From: a virus
Lineage: Duplodnaviria > Caudoviricetes
Reading direction: 5' to 3' (one strand)
Length of the DNA: 64,000 bases
Virus record (IMG/VR): IMGVR_UViG_3300042392_000853
Coordinates: 573 to 64,572 of that record
The notes beneath the pieces were generated by a model that had not been told where the DNA came from, ran no database searches, and saw only the letters and a program-made list of their open reading frames with translations. Every line of letters begins with the position of its first letter. Within the stretch, counting starts at the first letter, position 1. The position numbers and the translations under genes were made by a program. This document shows positions 1 through 5,623 of the stretch, in pieces.

Positions 1-405
1 GTCCGCCAGATAGACCGATTCAGGCTCAACCCATTCGGCGCCCTCAGCGTCACAGTCGCAAGGCTCGCACGTCTCGGGGTCCATCCAATAGCCTTCAGGT
101 TCCGGGCCGAACGACACAAGCCCGGCGTCAAGGTCCACAAAGACGTCTGAGACGTTATCCGCCACCCATGCGCGGAAATGGTCCGCAAGCGGCCCGAACG
201 TCTCAGCGACGGAATAGCCCTCGCCTTCAAGGTCGCTGTATTCCGTCGCGTAATCGTCAACCGTGAAGCCTTCAAAGCCTTGCGGCCCGATACGGGAGAA
301 CGTCGGCCCGTGATAGAGGTCATAACGCAATGCCGCCGCCGCGGCTTCCACATGATCAGGGAGGCGGATAGCGTCCCGAATAAGAGCGTCAATCTTGTCG
401 CGCAT
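1..405 (-). CDS. Acidic hypothetical protein, runs off the window edge (MRDKIDALIRDAIRLPDH...)
   Basis: Translated by hand: open from ATG at 405 to position 1, with GGAG RBS upstream; absent from the ORF track because its stop is outside the window. Confidence 0.7.
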   Translation of the reverse strand, partial: MRDKIDALIRDAIRLPDHVEAAAAALRYDLYHGPTFSRIGPQGFEGFTVDDYATEYSDLEGEGYSVAETFGPLADHFRAWVADNVSDVFVDLDAGLVSFGPEPEGYWMDPETCEPCDCDAEGAEWVEPESVYLAD

Positions 406-612
406 AGCCTTGTGCTCCAATGCAGCTAGGCCACCACGGCCCGGCGTCTCAGTCACCAGACACTATCTAGGCGGCCGCCGCAAGCGGTTACTTGTATGCC
501 GCAACGTGCGGCGGATTGTCGCACCTAGCTGGCGAGCGGTTGCTCCTTATAGATGCACGCGAGGCGGGCGCCCGGCGCGTGGCGCACGACACTATGCCGC
601 AGGCCAAGAGGC

Positions 613-641
613 TTGACGGCCAGGGCGCGCCGGGCTAGTGT
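613..641 (+). promoter_or_regulatory. Putative sigma70-type promoter for the rightward genes
   Basis: TTGACG at 613-618 and GCTAGTGT at 634-641, resembling the Caulobacter housekeeping consensus. Confidence 0.45.
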
Positions 642-768
642 CTTGGGGCTGGCAGGGCCTTTGGCCCGGACCCCTATACCCCAATTGGGAATGGCGGACG
701 GGTGCTTGTAGGGCTTGCCGCAATTTTTTAGCAGCCCACCCCTAGAGGGCTAACAAGGAGACAACAAC

Positions 769-1050
769 ATGCCATACACACCCGTGCCGGTAGTCACGCC
801 GGTCATCATCTCGTCCCGACGCTGCGAGACGCAACCCCCGACGCCGCCCAGCCCGACGGAAGTAATGGCCGCCAAGGTCGCCACGCTCTCGTTCCTGGCC
901 CTCATGGCGCTGGTTGTTGCGATCATGCTGGCGTCAGCGGTGGTCGAAATCCGAGACGAGGGTTGGGGCTGGACGTCTCTGTTCTTGCTGTGCACCGCGG
1001 TCATCATGGCGGTCGCGGTGGCCGCCCTCAGCGTGCTGGTGCTGGCATGA
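769..1050 (+). CDS. Hypothetical membrane protein (2 TM)
   Basis: AAGGAG RBS; two hydrophobic segments. Confidence 0.7.
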   Translation: MPYTPVPVVTPVIISSRRCETQPPTPPSPTEVMAAKVATLSFLALMALVVAIMLASAVVEIRDEGWGWTSLFLLCTAVIMAVAVAALSVLVLA

Positions 1051-1337
1051 GCAAGCCCGACGCACCCAGCACCCCGCCCCTATCTGGCGCCGTCTGCCTC
1101 TTCCTCCACCCTGAGCCGGGCGACTACGAGTCGCGCAAGGCCATCCGTGCTCGCTACGACGCCGGCTCCATGACGATCACGAAAGGCCCGGCGCTGGCCG
1201 CCTGGTTGGCCGAAGCGCCTGAAGATCCCCGCCAGAACGTCCGCGACGCCTTTCTGGCGTTCATGGCCCGGTGGCTCGTCGTGGATTCCGACGCCGACAT
1301 CCCGACCGTCGTTGGTCGGACGCAAGTGGAGGACTGA
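1047..1337 (+). CDS. Hypothetical protein
   Basis: ATGA overlap with the upstream stop. Confidence 0.6.
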   Translation: MSKPDAPSTPPLSGAVCLFLHPEPGDYESRKAIRARYDAGSMTITKGPALAAWLAEAPEDPRQNVRDAFLAFMARWLVVDSDADIPTVVGRTQVED

Positions 1338-1341
1338 CCAG

Positions 1342-1836
1342 ATGCCAGACGTCCCCGACGACTACTGGCTCCGCCGCGCCGGCGTGTTCACTGAAGAGGA
1401 CGACGACGGCTGGATCCCGCACGACGGCGGCGCCTGCCCCGTGGCGCCTGACACCTTCGTACAGGTCGACCTCGGCGATGTCACCCTCGACCCGAACCGC
1501 GCGTCCGAGTTCGAGTGGCACAAGGTGCAGGAATACCGCGTGATATCCAGCGAGGAGTTCCTGGCCGGCGCGTTCGGCTACCCGCTTGGCTACGACGAGG
1601 ACGACCTCGACACCGAGCAGCCCGACTCACCCAACGACCACTACCGCCAGGGCGATATCGAGTGCATCGACGCGATCCGCGCGGCCCTGACCGACGAGGA
1701 GTGGCGGGGCTACTGCAAGGGTAGCATTATAGGCTACATCTGGCGCGAGAGGCACAAGGGCGGCGATGAAGACCTCATCAAGTCGCAAGATTTTTTGCGC
1801 TGGGCAGTGGCGGGCAAAGCGGAGGGCAAGCGATGA
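1342..1836 (+). CDS. DUF3310 (SaV-like) domain protein with N-terminal WIPHDGGxCPV module
   Basis: PNDHYRQGDIECIDAIRAAL..GYCKG.II.YIWR..HKGG.EDL.K motif; GGAGG RBS. Confidence 0.8.
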   Translation: MPDVPDDYWLRRAGVFTEEDDDGWIPHDGGACPVAPDTFVQVDLGDVTLDPNRASEFEWHKVQEYRVISSEEFLAGAFGYPLGYDEDDLDTEQPDSPNDHYRQGDIECIDAIRAALTDEEWRGYCKGSIIGYIWRERHKGGDEDLIKSQDFLRWAVAGKAEGKR

Positions 1837-2096
1837 CCGAGAAACTGACCGGCCCGGACCTGGACAAGGCCCGCTGGCTGCGGGCCGACCGAACCCACCC
1901 CGACAACTATGCCTGCGCGGGGATTGAAGCGGCGCGCCTGGCGCGGGTGGGCTGGCAGCCCGGAGCCTCGTGGGAGGAAGAAGCGCGAGCCCTGTTTGAG
2001 GATATCCGCGCCAACTACCGAGGCTGCTCGCCCGGCAGCCGTGAAGAGAACCTCTGGCATCGGATCAGCATCTTGCTCGGAGATGGACCGGAATGA
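1833..2096 (+). CDS. Hypothetical protein
   Basis: ATGA coupling, GGAGG RBS. Confidence 0.65.
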   Translation: MTEKLTGPDLDKARWLRADRTHPDNYACAGIEAARLARVGWQPGASWEEEARALFEDIRANYRGCSPGSREENLWHRISILLGDGPE

Positions 2097-2536
2097 AACC
2101 TGAAGAACTGGACAAGGCCACGGCGGATGAGGCGTGGAGGATAATGGAGGAGGGGCAGGACGTCGCCGTCATCGCCGCCCGCCTAGCCCGCGAAGGCTAT
2201 AGGCCGCCGGAGCCGGTTGACCCGGATGTGCTGGTGGTGCGGGAAATCGTGGCGAAAGTGTTTGACGAAAAGGGCTGGCGTGACGCTGCGGGCGAAGCGC
2301 GTAAAGGCCAGACGGATAAAGGGGCTACGCTCCTCGCCGCCTTCGACGCCTACAAAGCCGGTCGAGAGCAAGAGCAGGAACGGGCGAAGGTGCTGGTTGA
2401 ACCTGCCGAGGCAATCGTCAACCGCGCCGTGCACGGGACGGGCTCCAATGGCGCCCGCTGGGTCCACATTGTCAAAGCCGCCCGGCGGTTGGAGAAGGGC
2501 CTGACAGCCTACAAAGCCGGAAAGGCCGCACCATGA
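2093..2536 (+). CDS. Hypothetical protein, paralog of 55715-56071
   Basis: Shares PVDPDV, AY.AG and AYKAGK motifs with 55715-56071. Confidence 0.7.
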   Translation: MKPEELDKATADEAWRIMEEGQDVAVIAARLAREGYRPPEPVDPDVLVVREIVAKVFDEKGWRDAAGEARKGQTDKGATLLAAFDAYKAGREQEQERAKVLVEPAEAIVNRAVHGTGSNGARWVHIVKAARRLEKGLTAYKAGKAAP

Positions 2537-3003
2537 CCGACTGGCTCGAACACACAACCGACACCTGCCCTGTAGACCCGGAGACGGTGGTGGAGGTTCG
2601 GCTTCGTGGCGACTACGTGCGGCCTGCGGATAAAGCTGGTGACATGGATTGGGGCAGCTTTTGGGTGGCGTCCTTCAGGCCGCCGCTTGGTTCGCCGATA
2701 CAGCATCCGCTTGACGTCACCCACTACCGCATCATCACCCCCGCCAAGCCCCCGGAGCCTGAGATGACCAAGACCCACGAGGAAGATGAAGCCTACCTTG
2801 AGGAAGCGCGGCGGCAGGCCGACCGCGAATACTCCGCATACAAGCGCGGCTTTGAGGCGGCGACCAAGCCCGAACCCGACCTCATCACCCTGCGTCTGGA
2901 GTGCATGAAGATGGCTGTGAGCCATTTCAGCATCCTTGATCGCGAGCAGGCCGCAGACCGCCTCCTCCACTACGTCCTCAACGGATCGGTGGACAAGGCG
3001 TGA
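2533..3003 (+). CDS. Hypothetical protein (MTDWLEH..CPV module)
   Basis: ATGA coupling; N-terminal module shared with 1342, 48726 and 56594 genes. Confidence 0.7.
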   Translation: MTDWLEHTTDTCPVDPETVVEVRLRGDYVRPADKAGDMDWGSFWVASFRPPLGSPIQHPLDVTHYRIITPAKPPEPEMTKTHEEDEAYLEEARRQADREYSAYKRGFEAATKPEPDLITLRLECMKMAVSHFSILDREQAADRLLHYVLNGSVDKA

Positions 3004-3079
3004 GGCTTGGGGCATAGAAGGCGACAAGGTCTTCGCGAGCGTTCGGACGCCTTGCTGGCTTAAGAGCCTTTGGGCTTGG

Positions 3080-3154
3080 GCGGGGTTTACGTCGCAAAGC
3101 GGGGGCGCACTGTCAGCGCCGGGCGGGGTTCGCTCCCGCCAAGACCCCGTTCCA
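3080..3154 (+). tRNA. Non-canonical tRNA-like element ending in CCA
   Basis: GCGGGGT(3080-86)/ACCCCGT(3144-50) acceptor-like stem plus T-CCA; GGCGC-ACTGTCA-GCGCC anticodon-like arm; GGCGGG-GTTCGCT-CCCGCC T-like arm; weak D arm and no U33. Confidence 0.35.
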
Positions 3155-3180
3155 CCCTCACGGCTTCGGGCGTGAGTCGC

Positions 3181-3212
3181 AGGGCCGGGGGAAACCTCGG
3201 CCCTTGCTTTTT
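3181..3212 (+). terminator. Rho-independent terminator
   Basis: AGGGCCGGGG-GAAA-CCTCGGCCCT followed by TGCTTTTT. Confidence 0.75.
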
Positions 3213-3305
3213 GCGCTATCCAGCTTGCCCACACGCTCAGGTGTGCGGCCATGCGATAGCTACGACGTATAACCTTCAGATTATGCGCTAGGCCTGCGGA
3301 TATAA

Positions 3306-3372
3306 CTTGTGGCTCATGAAACCCCGATCCGTGAGCCACAAGCCGGTTTGCGTGTCATGCGTGAGCCACAAG
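3306..3372. repeat. Three copies of TGAGCCACAAG (one inverted, two direct 30 bp apart), probable operator
   Basis: 3306-3316 (reverse complement), 3332-3342 and 3362-3372, directly upstream of TTGACA at 3377. Confidence 0.7.
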
Positions 3373-3376
3373 CCCG

Positions 3377-3406
3377 TTGACACCCGCGTGGATCTGGCGC
3401 CACATG
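3377..3406 (+). promoter_or_regulatory. Putative promoter (TTGACACCCGC class)
   Basis: TTGACA -35 and GCCACAT -10-like element; the same 11-mer occurs at 60608 and 62560 on the - strand. Confidence 0.55.
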
Positions 3407-3409
3407 GCC

Positions 3410-3569
3410 TCACGCCCCACCCGGGACTCCTTTCAAGACCACGGGCGACGGGACTTCGAGGCCAGGGCAGCGCCGCAAGGCGTCAACGCGGGCCGGGAGC
3501 GGGGTATTCACGCACCCGTAATGCCTTGGAAGTCGCCGCAGGGCCGGGAGCAATCCCGGCCCTTGCTTT
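3410..3569 (+). ncRNA. Candidate structured ncRNA 2
   Basis: GACTTC-GAGGC(3452-62) pairs with GCCTT-G-GAAGTC(3523-34); GCGCC-GCAA-GGCGT hairpin; lies between a promoter and a terminator with no credible ORF. Confidence 0.55.
3540..3569 (+). terminator. Terminator hairpin
   Basis: AGGGCCGGGA-GCAA-TCCCGGCCCT-TGCTTT; 20-nt core identical to 14488-14507. Confidence 0.7.
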
Positions 3570-3659
3570 ATGCGCCGGCAGGCGGTAGGGTCTCACGTCA
3601 GCGGGCCAATGGTGGCCGGCTACAGTTTGGGCCGATAAGCGGCCCGAGGAGACTGCACA

Positions 3660-3859
3660 ATGACTGAACCCGACGAGGCTATTCTGTGGGCGAGGGAGCG
3701 CGCCGCGAGGTGGCAGGACGAAAACGGCGGCGAGGCTGGCCCCAGCTATCGGAGCGGAAAGCTGGACGGCCTACTCGGTGAGGAGGTTGAGGGCTACCGC
3801 GCCGGTCAGGCCGCATCCGCTGAGCGGATTAAGGCGCTGGAGGAGGCGCTGGCGAAGGC
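3660..3859. repeat. 200-bp inverted dispersed repeat, copy 1 (copy 2 at 57947-58146)
   Basis: Direct comparison shows identity except a few substitutions near the 5' end. Confidence 0.9.
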
Positions 3860-4154
3860 CGACGAACCTCAGTGGTTCTATGCCGACGACGAAGGATCGC
3901 CCTTCGACTCCGTGCATGAGGCCGTCGAGTGGATCTTGGACGAGTTCGGCCCCGACGATGATTTCCCGAACGGCAAGGGCGTTCGGCGCATCGACACGAT
4001 GCGCGACTGCGCACCCATCTTCGCCGCCGTCCGCTGTCGCAGGATCACCGAAGCCGAACGCGCGGGTGGTCGGAAGGGCGACTTTGTGTTCGATGTGACG
4101 GAGTGCGCCACGGAAGCCGAAGCCGAGGCCCTGCTCAAGGAGGCTGACCGGTGA
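3660..4154 (+). CDS. Hypothetical protein, paralog of 57670-58146
   Basis: AGGAG RBS; near-identical 5' and 3' ends to the minus-strand paralog. Confidence 0.8.
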   Translation: MTEPDEAILWARERAARWQDENGGEAGPSYRSGKLDGLLGEEVEGYRAGQAASAERIKALEEALAKADEPQWFYADDEGSPFDSVHEAVEWILDEFGPDDDFPNGKGVRRIDTMRDCAPIFAAVRCRRITEAERAGGRKGDFVFDVTECATEAEAEALLKEADR

Positions 4155-4321
4155 GTGACGATGAACGCATCAAGGCGCTGGAGCTAATGGGTGTGCTGTC
4201 CGAGTTTTTCAATCGCCCTGAGTTAAGCGGGGTGCGGTGGAAGGAACCGGAGCGCGTTACCCACCTCATCCGTCGCGCTGGCTTTCTCGCCGGGTTTCTT
4301 GCCGGGGAGGCTGACCAATGA
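4151..4321 (+). CDS. Small hypothetical protein (56 aa, MSDDERIKALE...EADQ)
   Basis: Hand translation; GTGA coupling; ends in the GAGGCTGACCAATGA junction. Confidence 0.6.
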   Translation: MSDDERIKALELMGVLSEFFNRPELSGVRWKEPERVTHLIRRAGFLAGFLAGEADQ

Positions 4322-4491
4322 ACTTCCGACGCCCTACAGCCTCAGACCTACCAGTCCGCTTTATCGGACACGTTATGCCCAGTCATCCAGCCCGGCCTGT
4401 TACAGACTGGATGGAGGCCACCCGGCCACGGATGGGTGCGACGCAGCGGGCCTATTGCTGGCCGAACCTGACGAGGAAGGACGCGAGATGA
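4318..4491 (+). CDS. Small hypothetical protein (57 aa)
   Basis: Hand translation; ATGA coupled at both ends. Confidence 0.45.
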   Translation: MNFRRPTASDLPVRFIGHVMPSHPARPVTDWMEATRPRMGATQRAYCWPNLTRKDAR

Positions 4492-4667
4492 CTGCTCAAA
4501 CGGCTGCGCTGTTCTTGATGACCGCGGTCGGGGTCGTCAGCCTAGCTTGGTTGACCGACGACTGGCGAACCACACCCACCCGGCAGCGTATCGCTATCGC
4601 CACATGGCTGGCCTTCTGGCTTGGCCCGCCGCTGTATTTCATCTGGACCAAGGGCGTGATGGGATGA
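4488..4667 (+). CDS. Small membrane protein (2 TM)
   Basis: ATGA coupling; hydrophobic segments. Confidence 0.6.
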   Translation: MTAQTAALFLMTAVGVVSLAWLTDDWRTTPTRQRIAIATWLAFWLGPPLYFIWTKGVMG

Positions 4668-5173
4668 GGTACCTGTCCTTGTTCAGCGGCATTGAGGCCG
4701 CGAGCGTGGCGGCGGGCAACAACCTGACAGGCCAGCGCATCGGCAGGTTGGTCGTGCAGCGCGTCGACGGGCGGACGGAAGACAAGCACCTCGCTTGGCT
4801 CTGCCAGTGTGACTGCGGTCGGACCAAGCGCGTTGCATCCAACAGCCTTCGGCGCCGGAACCCGGTTCAGTCGTGCGGGTGCATGAACCGCGACACCGCG
4901 CAGCGTAAGCGCCGCACTGGCGGTCCATGGAATGAAGGCAAGAGTTACGTCATCGACGGCGGGGAGCACTGCTACCGAACCCGGCACGGGTGGGCCAGAG
5001 CGGCGATCAAGCACTATGGCAACCGGTGTGAGCGTTGCGGATGGGACGCCGCTAGGTGTGATGTCCACCACCGAGAGCCGAAGGCCGGCGGCGGGACGCA
5101 CACTCTGTCGAACGCGATTGTCCTGTGCCCGAACTGTCACCGGGTAGAGCATGAGAAAGGCCGCTTGACATGA
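4664..5173 (+). CDS. HNH endonuclease with a captured C5-methyltransferase N-terminal peptide
   Basis: LTGQRIGRLVV..WLCQCDCG..SCGC domain and CERCG..DVHH..GG.H..SNAIVLCPNCHRVEH HNH; begins MRYLSLFSGIEAASVA. Confidence 0.85.
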   Translation: MRYLSLFSGIEAASVAAGNNLTGQRIGRLVVQRVDGRTEDKHLAWLCQCDCGRTKRVASNSLRRRNPVQSCGCMNRDTAQRKRRTGGPWNEGKSYVIDGGEHCYRTRHGWARAAIKHYGNRCERCGWDAARCDVHHREPKAGGGTHTLSNAIVLCPNCHRVEHEKGRLT

Positions 5174-5385
5174 TGACCGGCGAAGAGTTGCGGGACGCCC
5201 GCGAAGACCTTAATCTCACCCGCCAAGAGTTGGCTGACATCCTGCGCTTCGGCGCGAACGGCGAAAGGCGGATCCGGCGCATGGAGCGAGGCGAGATCGA
5301 GGTTTCAGGCCCGGTGTCGGTCGTCATTGACGCCCTGCTGGACGGCTGGTCGCCCGAGGACGGCTGGCAGTCGGATGACGGCTGA
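5170..5385 (+). CDS. XRE-family HTH protein
   Basis: ELRDAREDLNLTRQELADIL..IRRMERGE. Confidence 0.8.
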   Translation: MMTGEELRDAREDLNLTRQELADILRFGANGERRIRRMERGEIEVSGPVSVVIDALLDGWSPEDGWQSDDG

Positions 5386-5623
5386 CGAGGTGGTTGCGCG
5401 GCTCACCGGCGGGGCGGCCTACCTGAGCCTCACCCATGGCGTCCTGATGATGGCTAATGGGCAGCGCATCCCGCTCGTGCGCATGTACGACAAGGACGGG
5501 GATCCTACGGTGCACGCCGACGAGGCCGTCACCTTCCTGCTGAACGGCCCGGACTGCGGCGCTCCGAGCGGCTACGTCCTGCTGCCGTGCGACATGTTCG
5601 ACCTGCTGGGGACACTGCATTGA
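5375..5623 (+). CDS. Hypothetical protein
   Basis: ORF filling the gap before terL; its stop overlaps the TTG start. Confidence 0.55.
   Translation: MTADEVVARLTGGAAYLSLTHGVLMMANGQRIPLVRMYDKDGDPTVHADEAVTFLLNGPDCGAPSGYVLLPCDMFDLLGTLH

Larger units (their letters stand above)
3020..3212 (+). ncRNA. Candidate structured ncRNA 1 containing a tRNA-like domain
   Basis: GCGAC(3021)...GTCGC(3176) enclosing pair, several hairpins including a cUUCGg loop at 3157-3176, ends in a terminator. Confidence 0.5.

Noticed and set aside
3080-3154. Canonical tRNA-Thr/Asp or tRNA-Sec
   Set aside because: No U33 or A58, degenerate D arm, TCA is not in the anticodon position and there is no long variable arm; kept only as tRNA-like
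3070-3667. Short ORFs 3070-3291, 3307-3588 and 3377-3667
   Set aside because: No RBS, Arg/Pro/Gly-rich junk composition, and they cross terminators and a promoter
5170-5623. Terminase small subunit upstream of terL
   Set aside because: One ORF is an XRE HTH and the other has no recognisable TerS features
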